Assembly: GCA_963708135.1 (NCBI GenBank)
Contig: OY970192.1
Location: forward strand, 1,568,001 to 1,632,000
DNA length: 64,000 nucleotides
Source of the DNA: an uncultured Gemmatimonadales bacterium
GTDB lineage: Bacteria; Gemmatimonadota; Gemmatimonadetes; Longimicrobiales; RSA9
Direction: 5' to 3'
The notes under the pieces were generated by a model that had not been told where the DNA came from, did no database searches, and saw nothing but the letters and a program-made list of their open reading frames with translations. Made by a program: the position numbers and the translations under genes. This document shows, one piece after another, positions 41,995-53,039 of the stretch. How positions within the stretch are numbered: position 1 is the first letter of the stretch; each line of letters opens with the position of its first letter.

Positions 41995-43007
41995 GCCATG
42001 GGGTGCCGGTGCGCGGCCGAATACCGGCCGGTGACATGGTGCTCGAGCTGCCGTTCGATATCGCCGAGCAGGGAACTGGCGCCAAAGCGGAAGAGCTCGG
42101 GCCGGATCCAGTCGGTGCCGAGCTCCTCCTTCATCATGAGCAGCCACTCGAGCGACTGCTTCGCGGTGCGGATGCCACCCGCGGGCTTCAGGCCGATCTT
42201 CACGCCGGTGCGCTCGTGGTACGCGCGGATGGCGCGGGCCATGACGAGGGAGACGGGCATCGTCGCATTGACGCCCTCCTTCCCCGTCGAGGTCTTCACG
42301 AAGTCGGCGCCGGCCATCATGCACACGAGCGAGGCGCGGGCGACGTTGCCGAGCGTACCGAGCTCGCCCGTGGCCAGGATCGTCTTCATGTGCGCCTCGC
42401 CCGAGGCCTCGCGGAAGGCGCGCACCTCGTCGTAGAGGGCGGGCCAGCTGCCGGTGAGGACGTGGGCACGCGTGATGACGATGTCGATCTCGCGTGCGCC
42501 GGCGTCCACGGACGCGCGGATCTCGGCCAGCCGCTGCGGGAACGGACTCAGCCCGGCCGGGAAGCCGGTGGAGACGGCGGCGACGGGAATGCCGGTGCCG
42601 CGCAGCGCGTGGACGGCCGTCTCGACGAAGTGGTGGTAGACGCACACGGCGGCGACGCGGATGCCGAGGTCCGAGGCGCCGAGGGCGTCGAGCAGGTCGG
42701 CACGCACGGGCTGGCGCGCCTTGGCGCAGAGGCGGCGCACGGTACCCGCGGTGTCGTCCCCGGAGAGGGTGGTCAGGTCGATGAGCGTGACGGCGCGCAG
42801 CAGCCAGGCGGCCTGCCACTGCTTCTTCACCGTGCGGCGGGTGGCGATGGTGGCGGCGCGGCGCTCGACGGCGCTCCGGTTCACGCGCACGGCGCGGACC
42901 CAGTCGAGCTCCAGGGGCATGCCGGGGTTGCGCACGGGGCCGTGGGAGCCCTGCGGACGGAGGGCGGCGCGGGGGGCGGCCATGGGACCGGCGTCGGTGG
43001 AACTCAT
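41991..43007 (-). CDS. deoC: Deoxyribose-phosphate aldolase (long type)
   Basis: IDLTTLSGDDT, STGFPAG, KTILATGEL, DFVKTSTGK and KPAGGIR. Confidence 0.95.
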   Translation of the reverse strand: MSSTDAGPMAAPRAALRPQGSHGPVRNPGMPLELDWVRAVRVNRSAVERRAATIATRRTVKKQWQAAWLLRAVTLIDLTTLSGDDTAGTVRRLCAKARQPVRADLLDALGASDLGIRVAAVCVYHHFVETAVHALRGTGIPVAAVSTGFPAGLSPFPQRLAEIRASVDAGAREIDIVITRAHVLTGSWPALYDEVRAFREASGEAHMKTILATGELGTLGNVARASLVCMMAGADFVKTSTGKEGVNATMPVSLVMARAIRAYHERTGVKIGLKPAGGIRTAKQSLEWLLMMKEELGTDWIRPELFRFGASSLLGDIERQLEHHVTGRYSAAHRHPMA

Positions 43008-43089
43008 AACGGAAAAGATACCCACCGCAGGCGACGGCGCCAGTCCGCTCTCTCGCGCCCGCGGGGCCGCGGGCATAGCTTGGCGCGCC

Positions 43090-43815
43090 ATGGAGAAGCC
43101 CGACTACATCGCATCGGACGTCCACCTCGGCGCGGTGCCGCGCGAGACGGAGCAGAGGTTCCTGCGCTTCCTGGACCGCGTGGGCGCGGAGGCGCGCTCG
43201 CTGCTGATTCCCGGGGACCTGTTCGACTTCTGGTTCTCGTGGGGGGACGTCATCCCGGGGCGCCACGTGCGGGTGCTGGGCGCGCTCGGGCGGCTGGTGG
43301 ACGCGGGCGTGCCGGTCTCGATGGTGGCGGGGAACCATGACGCGTGGGGCGGCCGGTTCCTGCGGGAGGAGCTGGGCATCACGTACTCGGAGACGATGCT
43401 GCGGCTGGAGCTGGGCGGCCGGCCGGCGCTGGTGGCGCACGGCGACGGGGTTGGAGGAGGCGACCTCAAGTACCGCGCGCTGAAGGCCACGATCCGCAGC
43501 CGGCTGGCGAGGGGCGGGTTCCGGGCGCTGCACCCGGAGCTGGGGCTGCGGATCGCGCGGGCGGTGTCAACGACGGAGGAGAAAGCCGGCCGGGACCCGC
43601 TGGCGGGGCGGGCGCGCTACATCCAGGCATGGGCGCTGGGGCAGCTCGAGGCGGAGCCGGAGCTGACGTGGGTGGTGTGCGGGCACGCGCACGTGCCGGC
43701 GATCGTCCGGGCGGGTGAGGGGCAGGCGTATCTGAACGCGGGGGACTGGGTGAGGAACCGGACGTACATCACGGTGGGGGAGAGCTCCGGAGCCGAGCTC
43801 AGGAGCTGGGACTAG
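43090..43815 (+). CDS. lpxH: UDP-2,3-diacylglucosamine diphosphatase (LpxH-like metallophosphoesterase)
   Basis: SDVHLG, GDLFDFW, GNHD, HGD, GHAH and YLNAGDW. Confidence 0.85.
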   Translation: MEKPDYIASDVHLGAVPRETEQRFLRFLDRVGAEARSLLIPGDLFDFWFSWGDVIPGRHVRVLGALGRLVDAGVPVSMVAGNHDAWGGRFLREELGITYSETMLRLELGGRPALVAHGDGVGGGDLKYRALKATIRSRLARGGFRALHPELGLRIARAVSTTEEKAGRDPLAGRARYIQAWALGQLEAEPELTWVVCGHAHVPAIVRAGEGQAYLNAGDWVRNRTYITVGESSGAELRSWD

Positions 43816-43843
43816 AGGGCAGGGCCGCGCGAAGACGGGAGGG

Positions 43844-44674
43844 TCAGGCGGCGCGGCCGAACTCCTCGAGGTCCACGCGCTCGACGTGCTGGATGAGGTC
43901 GCCGACGAAGGTGCGGCCGACGTCGCGGAAGCGGAGCGGCGCGTCGCTGGCGAAGAAGGCGTGGCGCGGGGGCGCGGCGGCGGCGTCGCGGAGCAGGGCC
44001 GCGGCGCCCAGCGTCTGCTCGACCTCGCGGGCGGTCTCGTGGGCGGAATCCACGAGCGTCACCTGCGGCCCCATGATGTCCTGCAGCAGGTCCCGCAGCA
44101 GTGGGTAGTGGGTGCAGCCGAGGATCAGCACATCGACGTCCATCTGCTTCAGCGGCGCGAGATAGCTCTCCGCGATCAGGCGGGTCGCGGTTCCCTCCAG
44201 CATCCCTTCCTCCACGAGCGGCACGAAGAGCGGGCAGGGCTGCGCGTAGACGCGGGTTTCGGCGAGGCGGCGGCGAACGGCCAGGTCATAGGCGCCGGAG
44301 TGGATCGTGCCGGTGGTGCCGATGACGCCGATGCGCCCGGTGCGAGTGGCGTGGGCGGCCGCGCGGGCGCCCGGCTCGATGACGCCGATGACGGGGATGG
44401 GCAGCGCATCGGCGAGCGCGTCGTAGGCCGCGGCGGTGGCGGTGTTACAGGCGATGACCAGCGCCTTCACGCCGCGGGAGAGGAGGAAGGCCGAGGCCTC
44501 ACGCGCGTAGCGGCGCACGGTGGCGGGGGACTTGGATCCGTACGGGACGCGGGCCGTATCGCCGAAGTAGACGAGCGGTTCGGCCGGCAGGCGGGCGACG
44601 AGCTCGCGCACGACGGTCAGACCGCCGAGGCCGGAGTCGAAGACGCCGATGGGACGTTCGGCGGTGTCGCTCAC
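43844..44674 (-). CDS. murI: Glutamate racemase
   Basis: FDSGLGG, PYGSK, ACNTA and LGCTHYP. Confidence 0.96.
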   Translation of the reverse strand: MSDTAERPIGVFDSGLGGLTVVRELVARLPAEPLVYFGDTARVPYGSKSPATVRRYAREASAFLLSRGVKALVIACNTATAAAYDALADALPIPVIGVIEPGARAAAHATRTGRIGVIGTTGTIHSGAYDLAVRRRLAETRVYAQPCPLFVPLVEEGMLEGTATRLIAESYLAPLKQMDVDVLILGCTHYPLLRDLLQDIMGPQVTLVDSAHETAREVEQTLGAAALLRDAAAAPPRHAFFASDAPLRFRDVGRTFVGDLIQHVERVDLEEFGRAA

Positions 44675-45381
44675 CAGGGTTTCCGGGCGGGGAGCACGGC
44701 GCGGATCTCGAGGCCGCCGCCGCTGCGGGGCTCGATCTGGATGGCGGTCGGGAAATCGGAGAGCTGCGCGTTGATGTAGGCATCGGCGCCGCCCGCCAGG
44801 GTCCAGAAGATGGCGAGAGTGATCCAGTCTTCGCGTTGCTTCTTGCGGCTCCTGACGAGGCCGTGGGCGTCGCGGACGGCGGGCACGCTGTCGATAGCGA
44901 GCTCGAGGCCTCCGCGCCTCGCGATCGAGTCGGCGAAGACGCTGTCCTGGCCGGCCCGCGTCCAGAAGGAATCGGTGACGAAGGTGCGTCTCACGTTCTC
45001 CCAGCTCTTGGCGCTGTTCAGCTTCGCGATCGTCTTGATCAGCATGTAGTCGCTGACGGTCTCGATCGCGAAGAAGATACCACCGCGCACGTAGGAGTGG
45101 GCGCTGGCCTCGCCCCAGCCCGGCACGAGGAGCGAGCGGAGGAACGCCTTGGCAGGGCTGATCAGAAGCGTGCGTCCGGCGGTATCGGCGGCCGCGGTCC
45201 GGCCGGTGTCCGCCGCGACGCGGCCGGTGGCGAGCGGCGCCACGCGCGTGGTATCGAGCGGCGCGGCGCGGGTCGTGTCGACGCGCGGCTTCGGCTTCTG
45301 CTGCGCGGCGGCGGGCGGGGCGGCGAGACAGAGGCCGGCGAGGGTCGCGAGCAGAGCGCGGCGGAGGAGGGGGCGGCTCAC
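44671..45381 (-). CDS. Hypothetical exported/membrane protein (SLLVPGWG motif, possibly DUF5683-like) with DTT repeats
   Basis: GTG overlaps the upstream stop and its stop overlaps the murI start. Signal peptide ends AAAQQ; C-terminal ADAYINAQLSDF. Confidence 0.75.
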   Translation of the reverse strand: MSRPLLRRALLATLAGLCLAAPPAAAQQKPKPRVDTTRAAPLDTTRVAPLATGRVAADTGRTAAADTAGRTLLISPAKAFLRSLLVPGWGEASAHSYVRGGIFFAIETVSDYMLIKTIAKLNSAKSWENVRRTFVTDSFWTRAGQDSVFADSIARRGGLELAIDSVPAVRDAHGLVRSRKKQREDWITLAIFWTLAGGADAYINAQLSDFPTAIQIEPRSGGGLEIRAVLPARKPW

Positions 45382-46409
45382 GCTTCCCCGCCTTTCAGCG
45401 CGCCGGCGGCGCTCGGCTCGCCGGCGAGCGGCGCCGGATCGTCGAAGGGGCCGGGGCGGGCCGCCACGCCGGCCGGGCGCCCCCCCACGACGCGGAGCGC
45501 ACCGGGCTCGACGCTCACACGGATGCGTGTGGCGCCGGGCGGCTCGCGCAGCTCGCCATCGAGATGGAAGAAAAGGGGCGCGCCGCCGGCGCTCTCCACG
45601 GAGATCTCGCAGGCGCGACGGAGGGAGACGCGGGGGTGCCCGACGTGCGTGCCGCGCATGACGCGCGGCAGCACGCGAGCGATCTGCGGAAGCGTCAGCT
45701 GGTCCACGATGCACACGTCGAAGAGGCCGTCGGAGGGGCGGGCGCCGGGGCAAACCCAGAAGCCGCCGCCGAGACACGGGCCGTTGCCGATGGCCACGAT
45801 CATGACCCTGCGCTCGAGCGCCTCGCGATCCAGGCGGATGCGGAGGGGGATGGCCCGGAATCGCGCGAGCGACCGGAGCAGGGCGATCAGGTAGGAGAGC
45901 ATGCCGGGCAGGCGTGGCAGCCGCTCCATCTGGCGCACCACCTCGACATCGATGCCGGTGCCCATCCCGTTGACGAAGTACTCGCTCCCGCCCTGCCACT
46001 CGACGCGTCCCACGTCGAAGGCGGCGAGCCGGCCGGCCGCCAGCACGTCGTAAGCCGCGGCGCGGTCGGCGCCGGATGCGAGCAGCTTGGCGAAGTCGTT
46101 GCCGGTGCCGATCGGGATGACGCCGAGGCGCGGGACGTCGATGCCGCCGCGACCGCGCGCGCCGGCCCAGGACAGGATGCCGTTCGCGACTTCGTGGATG
46201 GTGCCGTCGCCGCCGGCGGCCACGATCGTCCCTGCGCCGGCCGCGGCGGCGTCCGCCGCGAGCGCCGCGGCATGGCCGGGCGCGGTGGTGGTCGACAGCT
46301 CGAAGGCGAGTCCACGGGCGCGGAGCTCGCGCTCGAGCTCGTTGCGGAGCCTCCGGCCGGCGCCGCCACCGGACGCTGGATTCAGGATGACGTGGAGCGG
46401 GGCAGCCAT
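45378..46409 (-). CDS. Diacylglycerol/lipid kinase family protein (YegS/DgkB)
   Basis: ILNPASG, GGDGTIHEVANG, PIGTGNDF and DGE. Confidence 0.92.
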   Translation of the reverse strand: MAAPLHVILNPASGGGAGRRLRNELERELRARGLAFELSTTTAPGHAAALAADAAAAGAGTIVAAGGDGTIHEVANGILSWAGARGRGGIDVPRLGVIPIGTGNDFAKLLASGADRAAAYDVLAAGRLAAFDVGRVEWQGGSEYFVNGMGTGIDVEVVRQMERLPRLPGMLSYLIALLRSLARFRAIPLRIRLDREALERRVMIVAIGNGPCLGGGFWVCPGARPSDGLFDVCIVDQLTLPQIARVLPRVMRGTHVGHPRVSLRRACEISVESAGGAPLFFHLDGELREPPGATRIRVSVEPGALRVVGGRPAGVAARPGPFDDPAPLAGEPSAAGALKGGEA

Positions 46410-46451
46410 TCCGACAGCGGACCTTCTTCCAAGGGGTGGCACGGAGCGAGG

Positions 46452-46480
46452 ATGCTAGGCGTCGGCCGGCCGGCCGTCAA
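46452..46480 (-). promoter_or_regulatory. Putative sigma70 promoter for the lipid kinase-murI run
   Basis: TTGACG-17 bp-TAGCAT. Confidence 0.6.
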
Positions 46481-47148
46481 TCACCCGGCGCCGGCTCGAA
46501 GAGCGCCGCGGCGATGGTGCGGATCACGTCGGCGCCGAAGCCGCGTCGGGCCAGGTATCCCCAGAGGCGACGCTTCAGCCGCAGTCCCTCGTCCGATCCG
46601 GCACCGGGCGCGGCGCGGGCGCCGACGTTCCGGCGCCACCAGGCCTGCGCGGCGCGGCGAGCGAGATCGGCCTCGGAGAGCTGCTGGTCGCGGAACACGG
46701 CCTCCACGGCGTCTCCGGCGAGGGCCCGGTCCACACCGCGCGCGCTTAGCTCCTGCACGAGGCGGCGGGCAGAGCGGGGGCGGGAGCGGACGCGATCACG
46801 CACGAAGGTCTCGGCGAACTCGTCGTCGCGCACGAGCCCTTCCTGCACGAGGTCCCGGACGCAGGCATCGGCAATGGCCAAGCCGAAGCCCTTGCGGGCG
46901 AGGCGGCGGGCCAGCTCGGCGGCGGTGCGCGCGCGGTGTGAAAGCAGGTCGAGGGCCGCCTGGCGGGCACGGAAGGCCTCGTCGCCCTCGAGGAGGACGG
47001 TGAGCGCCGCCGGCTCGAGCTCGCGGCCCTCGCGGAGGCCGGCGCGGAGGACGATCTCGGCGGCCAGCGTCGCGCGCAACCCGCCCTCGAGCCAGAGCTC
47101 GAGGCGGTCCGGGTGTCGCGGGACGGGCTTCAGTGCGGTGACGCGCAC
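46477..47148 (-). CDS. recX: Regulatory protein RecX
   Basis: ALDLLSHRART..EL..RL..KG, DDEFA, EL..RGV and YLARRGF. GTG start with GGAGGAGG SD. Confidence 0.9.
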   Translation of the reverse strand: MRVTALKPVPRHPDRLELWLEGGLRATLAAEIVLRAGLREGRELEPAALTVLLEGDEAFRARQAALDLLSHRARTAAELARRLARKGFGLAIADACVRDLVQEGLVRDDEFAETFVRDRVRSRPRSARRLVQELSARGVDRALAGDAVEAVFRDQQLSEADLARRAAQAWWRRNVGARAAPGAGSDEGLRLKRRLWGYLARRGFGADVIRTIAAALFEPAPGD

Positions 47149-47303
47149 GCGCCTCCTCCGGGTGCGAAGGGGAGGACTAATACCGCGGCCGCGGCGGATC
47201 GTGCCCGCGGCAGGGCGCACGCCCTTGTTGCCCGGGCCGGTGGGACGTAGCGTGCGGGACGCCCGCGGCGGGGGTACGGATCGGACGACAGGCGAGCGGA
47301 GGC

Positions 47304-48272
47304 ATGAAGAGGCACGGGGACACGGAGCTGGAGCTCGAGGAGCGGCGGGGGCTCATGCGCTACGCCGCGTTCTCGATCCTGGCGGCGGTGGCGAACATCG
47401 CGCTGAAGGGCGGCGCGTACGTGCTCACCGGGTCCGTGGGCCTGCTCTCCGACGCGCTCGAGAGCCTCGTGAACCTGGCCGCGGCCGTGGTGGCGCTCGT
47501 TGCGCTGGGGGTGGCCGCGCTGCCAGCGGACGAGGAGCACACGTACGGCCACACCAAGGCGGAGTACCTCTCGAGCGGGTTCGAGGGCGCGCTGATCCTG
47601 GTGGCGGCCGGAAGCATCGCGTACGCGGCGATCCGCAGGCTGCTCCACCCGCAAGCGATCACGGCGGTGGGGATCGGGATCGCGATTTCCCTGCTGGCGT
47701 CCGCGCTCAATTTCGGGGTGGCCCGGGTACTGTTCCGGGCCGGCCGGCGGTTCGAATCGGTCTCACTCGAGGCCGACGCGCACCACCTGATAACGGATGT
47801 CTGGACGTCGGTCGGGGTCGTGGTGGGCGTATCGGCGGCGGCGTTGACGCGGCTGGACTTCCTGGATCCGGCGGTCGCGCTGCTGGTGGCGGCCAACATC
47901 GTGCGGATCGGGGTGCAGCTCCTGCGGCGCTCGGCGCTCGGGCTGCTGGACACGGCGCTGCCGGCGGAGATGCGCGACCTGATCCTCGCCATTCTCGACT
48001 CGGAGAAGGAGCACGGGATCGATTACCACGCGCTGCGGACGCGGCAGGCCGGGGTGCGACGGTTCGTTTCGTTCCACATCCTGGTGCCGGGCGAGTGGAG
48101 CGTGCAGCGGGGGCACGACGCGCTGGAGCGGATCGAGGACCGGATCCGTTCGGCGCTGCCCTACACGACGGTGTTCACGCACCTCGAGCCGCTGGAGGAC
48201 CCGGTGTCGTTCGAGGACACGCGGCTCGAGCGGCGGCGCGGAGAGCCCCCCGGCGGCAGCGGGCGGGCGTAG
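47304..48272 (+). CDS. Cation diffusion facilitator transporter
   Basis: [27 protein letters not shown] and C-terminal THLEP. Confidence 0.93.
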   Translation: MKRHGDTELELEERRGLMRYAAFSILAAVANIALKGGAYVLTGSVGLLSDALESLVNLAAAVVALVALGVAALPADEEHTYGHTKAEYLSSGFEGALILVAAGSIAYAAIRRLLHPQAITAVGIGIAISLLASALNFGVARVLFRAGRRFESVSLEADAHHLITDVWTSVGVVVGVSAAALTRLDFLDPAVALLVAANIVRIGVQLLRRSALGLLDTALPAEMRDLILAILDSEKEHGIDYHALRTRQAGVRRFVSFHILVPGEWSVQRGHDALERIEDRIRSALPYTTVFTHLEPLEDPVSFEDTRLERRRGEPPGGSGRA

Positions 48273-48281
48273 CGGCGGCAC

Positions 48282-48938
48282 ATGGAGATCCGGGCGCTCT
48301 TTCTCGACATCGGCGGCGTGCTGCTGACGAACGGCTGGGACACGGCCGCGCGCCGGCGCACCGCGGAGCGCTTCGGGCTGGCGTGGGACGAGCTCGAGGA
48401 GCGGCACCAGCTCCAGGTTGGCGCGCTCGAGACGGGCCGCCTCACGCTGGACGAGTACCTGGACAGCGTGGTCTTCCACCGGGAGCGGAGCTTCGGCCGG
48501 GAGGAGCTCCGCGCTTTCATGTACGCCCTGTCGGCGCCACACGAGAAGGCGTTGCGGCTGGCGCGCTCTCTCGCGCGTGAGCGGCGGTGGCTCATCGCCG
48601 CGGTGAACAACGAGTCGCGGGAGCTGAACGCATACCGGATCGCGACGTTCGCGCTGGAGGAGATCTTCGACGTGTTCCTCAGCTCGTGCTACCTCGGCGT
48701 GGCGAAGCCGGGGCGGGAGATCTACAGGCGCGTGCTGGAGCTGACGCAGCACGAGGCGGCGGCGTGCGCGTTCGTGGACGACCGCGCGCTGAACGTGGAG
48801 GTGGCGGCGCGCACAGGGATGCACGCGCTGCGATACACGGACGCGGCACGGCTCGCGGAGTGGCTGGCGGAGCTCGGCGTGCGCGGCGGCGACGATGCGG
48901 CGGAGGGCGGGGACGCGCGGTCCCCGTCGGGGTCCTGA
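48282..48938 (+). CDS. HAD-family phosphatase (YihX-like)
   Basis: DIGGVL, KP..EIY and FVDDR..NV. Confidence 0.88.
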   Translation: MEIRALFLDIGGVLLTNGWDTAARRRTAERFGLAWDELEERHQLQVGALETGRLTLDEYLDSVVFHRERSFGREELRAFMYALSAPHEKALRLARSLARERRWLIAAVNNESRELNAYRIATFALEEIFDVFLSSCYLGVAKPGREIYRRVLELTQHEAAACAFVDDRALNVEVAARTGMHALRYTDAARLAEWLAELGVRGGDDAAEGGDARSPSGS

Positions 48939-48957
48939 GCGGGGAGAGGAGACGGCA

Positions 48958-49872
<915 letters not shown>

Positions 49873-50027
49873 GGGGAACCGGCCGGGGCGGCGCGCGCCC
49901 CCGCACACCGGGACTCGAGCCGACGAAGCGCGGCGGGCCAGAGGGGGAGAGCACGGCCCGGGCGGCGGCCCGGGCGGCGGCGAGCGCGCGGCAGGGCGAG
50001 CGGGCGCCGGGGGCGGAGGAGGCCGTG

Positions 50028-51485
50028 ATGCCGCGCGCGCCCGTCGAGCCGCACCTGTTCGTGATCCTGGGCGCGACGGGCGATCTCACGCGGCGGAAGC
50101 TGCTGCCGGCGGTGGCGGGCCTGATCCGCCGGGGCGGGCTGGGCGGCGAGACGGTGATCCTGGCCGCGGCGCTGGGGGAGGAGCCGACGGAGGGGGAGTA
50201 CCGGACGTGGGCGCACGGGTCGCTCGGGGATGCGGAACTGGACGACGGCGAGCTGCGGCACTGGTGCGACGACTGCCTGCACTACCAGCCGCTCGGCGAG
50301 GGCGGGGCGGACGGGTACGCAGCGCTGGCGCGGCGGATCGAGGAGGTCGAGCAGGAACACGGGCTGCCGGGGAACCGGATCTTCTACCTCGCGCTGCCGC
50401 CGCGGGCGTTTCCGCGCGCGATCAATGCGCTGGGTGGAACGGGGCTCAACCGGGCGCCCGGGTGGGCGCGGCTGGTGATCGAGAAGCCGTTCGGGCGGGA
50501 CCTCGAGAGCGCGCGTCGGCTGAACGAGGTGGTGCACCGCTGGTTCGACGAGTCGCAGGTGTACCGGATCGACCACTACCTGGGCAAGGAGACGGTTCGG
50601 AACCTGCTCGTGTTCCGCTTCGCCAACCCGATCTTCGAGTCACTGTGGAACCGTGACCGGATCGAGAGCGTGCAGATCACGGTGGCCGAGTCGCTCGGCG
50701 TGGGCCACCGGGCGGGTTACTACGAAACGGCGGGCGCGCTGCGCGACATGGTGCAGAACCATCTCACGCAGCTGCTCACGCTGGTGGCAATGGAGGTGCC
50801 GGCGACCTTCGACGCGGATGCCATCCGGGCCGAGAAGGTGAAGGTGCTGCGCACGATGGAGCCGGTGTGGCCCGAGGACGTGGTCTACGGCCAGTACACG
50901 GCCGGCGAGGTGGACGGGGTGCCGGTACCCGGATACCGTGAGGAGCCGGACGTGGCGCCGGATTCGCGCACGCCCACCTTCGTCGCGCTCCGGCTCGACG
51001 TGCCGAACTGGCGCTGGGAGGGAGTGCCCTTCTACCTGCGCACCGGCAAGCGGCTGGCACGGCGGCAGACGCGCATCGTGGTGCGGTTCCGGCGCGCGCC
51101 CGTGGCGTTGTTCCAGGACTCCGAGACGCCCGAGGTGCGGCACAACGTGCTGACCATGACGCTCCAGCCGAACGAGGGCTTCGCCATCGCGTTCCAGGTG
51201 AAGCGGCCCGGGGCCGACGTGGACCTGGCCGAGGAGCGGCTGCACTTCGAGTACGCGGACGCGTTCGGGACGCTGCCGGAGGCCTACGAGACGCTGCTCT
51301 ACGACGTCGCGATCGGGGACCAGACGCTGTTCGTGCACGCGGAGGAGGTCGAGGCGTCGTGGCGGCTGTACGAGAAGGTCCTGGACTGGAGCGGCCGCGC
51401 GGTGGAGCCGTACCCCGCGGGGAGCGAGGGCCCGGCGGAGGCGGACCGCCTGATGCCCGCGGAGGAGGGCTGGACAGAGGAGTGA
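50028..51485 (+). CDS. zwf: Glucose-6-phosphate dehydrogenase
   Basis: GATGDL, IEKPFG, RIDHYLGKE and RDMVQNHL. GGAGGAGG SD before the start. Confidence 0.96.
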   Translation: MPRAPVEPHLFVILGATGDLTRRKLLPAVAGLIRRGGLGGETVILAAALGEEPTEGEYRTWAHGSLGDAELDDGELRHWCDDCLHYQPLGEGGADGYAALARRIEEVEQEHGLPGNRIFYLALPPRAFPRAINALGGTGLNRAPGWARLVIEKPFGRDLESARRLNEVVHRWFDESQVYRIDHYLGKETVRNLLVFRFANPIFESLWNRDRIESVQITVAESLGVGHRAGYYETAGALRDMVQNHLTQLLTLVAMEVPATFDADAIRAEKVKVLRTMEPVWPEDVVYGQYTAGEVDGVPVPGYREEPDVAPDSRTPTFVALRLDVPNWRWEGVPFYLRTGKRLARRQTRIVVRFRRAPVALFQDSETPEVRHNVLTMTLQPNEGFAIAFQVKRPGADVDLAEERLHFEYADAFGTLPEAYETLLYDVAIGDQTLFVHAEEVEASWRLYEKVLDWSGRAVEPYPAGSEGPAEADRLMPAEEGWTEE

Positions 51486-51557
51486 GCGGCGCCCGCTCCG
51501 GCGGCGGGGCGGGCGAACCGGCGAGGCGAAACGCGAACGGCGGACGGGAGCGGTGGA

Positions 51558-53039
51558 ATGGCGGAGGGCCTGGTGCAGCTGGCACCGGTGGAGCATCACG
51601 TCGCGCTCGAGGACTACGGCGCGGTGGCGCACCTCGCGCAGGCCGTGCAGGAGCTCCGCGCGCACGCGGCACAGGTGCTCCCCGCCCTGCGCGGCCGCAC
51701 GCTGTGGATGGTCAACTCGACGGCGCAGGGCGGCGGCGTGGCGGAGATGCTGCCGACCATGGTCGCGCTGCTGCGGGACCTTGGCTTCAGCGTCGAGTGG
51801 GCGGTGATCTCGCCGGGTGAGCCGGACTTCTTCGCGCTGACCAAGCGGCTTCACAACCTGATCCACGGGGCGGGCGACCCGGGGCTGGGCGAAGCGGAGC
51901 GGAACCTCTACGAGCGGGTGAGCCGCGCGTGCGCGGAGGCGCTCGGCGCGCTGGTCGGGCCGAGGGACCTGCTCGTGATCCACGACCCGCAGCCGGCGGG
52001 CGTGGGCGCGCTGGTGCGCGAGGCGCTGGGCGTGCCGGCGGTGTGGCGGTGCCACATCGGGATCGAGGAGCAGGTCCCCGAGACGCGCGCCGCCTGGCGG
52101 TTCCTCGAGCCATACGTGACGGCCTACGATGCGGCGGTGTTCACGGCCGCGGAGTACATCCCCTCCTACCTGACCGGCCGGGCACGGGTGATCCATCCGG
52201 CCATCGATCCGCTCAGCCACAAGAACCGGCCGCTCTCGCTGCACAAGCTGGTGGGCGTCATGCGCTGCGGCGCGCTGGTGCCCGCCTACGGACCGGTGAT
52301 CGCGCCGGCGTACGCGGAGCCGGTGCTCCGCCTGCAGCCGACGGGGGACTGGCGGGCGGCGACGGACCCGGAGGACATCGGTCTGCTGTTCCGGCCGATC
52401 GTGACGCAGGTCTCGCGCTGGGACCGGCTCAAGGGGCTCGCGCCGCTGCTCGAGGCGTTCGCGCTGCTCAAGCGCTCGCTCTCGGGGGGCGGCCCCGCGC
52501 GCTCTGCGGTGCATCAGCGGACCGTGGAGCTCGTGCGCCTCGTGCTCGCGGGACCCGCGCCCGGCGCGGTGGCGGACGATCCCGAGGCCACGGCCGTGCT
52601 GGACGACCTGCGCTCGGCCTACCTGGCGCTGGAGCCGGCGGTGCAGCAGGACGTGGCGCTGCTGCTGCTGCCGATGGGATCGCGCAAGGAGAACGCGCTG
52701 CTCGTGAACGCGCTGCAGCACGCCTCCAGCGTGGTGGCGCAGAACTCGTTGCGGGAGGGCTTCGGTCTCACGGCCGCGGAAGCGATGTGGAAGCGGGTGC
52801 CCGTGCTGGGCAGCCCCGCGAGGGGGCTCCAGATCCAGGTGCGGGACGGGCTGGACGGGCGCATCGGCCCCGATCCGGCGGATCCCGCGGCCGTGGCAGC
52901 GGTGCTGGACGAGATGCTCAAGGACGAGGGGGGGCGGACGCGCATGGGCGAGCGGGCGCAGCGGCGGGTCCACGACGAGTTCCTGATCTTCACGCAACTC
53001 CGGCAATGGCTGGAGCTTCTCGCGCCGCTGGCGGCGTGA
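51558..53039 (+). CDS. GT4 glycosyltransferase, trehalose synthase TreT-like
   Basis: VNSTAQGGGVAEML, IHDPQP, WRCHI, PAIDPLSHKN, QVSRWDRLKG and QNSLREGFGLT..EAMWK. Confidence 0.85.
   Translation: MAEGLVQLAPVEHHVALEDYGAVAHLAQAVQELRAHAAQVLPALRGRTLWMVNSTAQGGGVAEMLPTMVALLRDLGFSVEWAVISPGEPDFFALTKRLHNLIHGAGDPGLGEAERNLYERVSRACAEALGALVGPRDLLVIHDPQPAGVGALVREALGVPAVWRCHIGIEEQVPETRAAWRFLEPYVTAYDAAVFTAAEYIPSYLTGRARVIHPAIDPLSHKNRPLSLHKLVGVMRCGALVPAYGPVIAPAYAEPVLRLQPTGDWRAATDPEDIGLLFRPIVTQVSRWDRLKGLAPLLEAFALLKRSLSGGGPARSAVHQRTVELVRLVLAGPAPGAVADDPEATAVLDDLRSAYLALEPAVQQDVALLLLPMGSRKENALLVNALQHASSVVAQNSLREGFGLTAAEAMWKRVPVLGSPARGLQIQVRDGLDGRIGPDPADPAAVAAVLDEMLKDEGGRTRMGERAQRRVHDEFLIFTQLRQWLELLAPLAA

Noticed and set aside
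39406..43533. Apparent 1375-aa giant ALDH, and similar over-long calls for mcsB, rnr, the ATPase and galK
   Set aside because: The N-terminal extensions are Arg/Pro-rich off-frame read-through of neighbouring real genes. The true starts overlap or closely follow the upstream stops.
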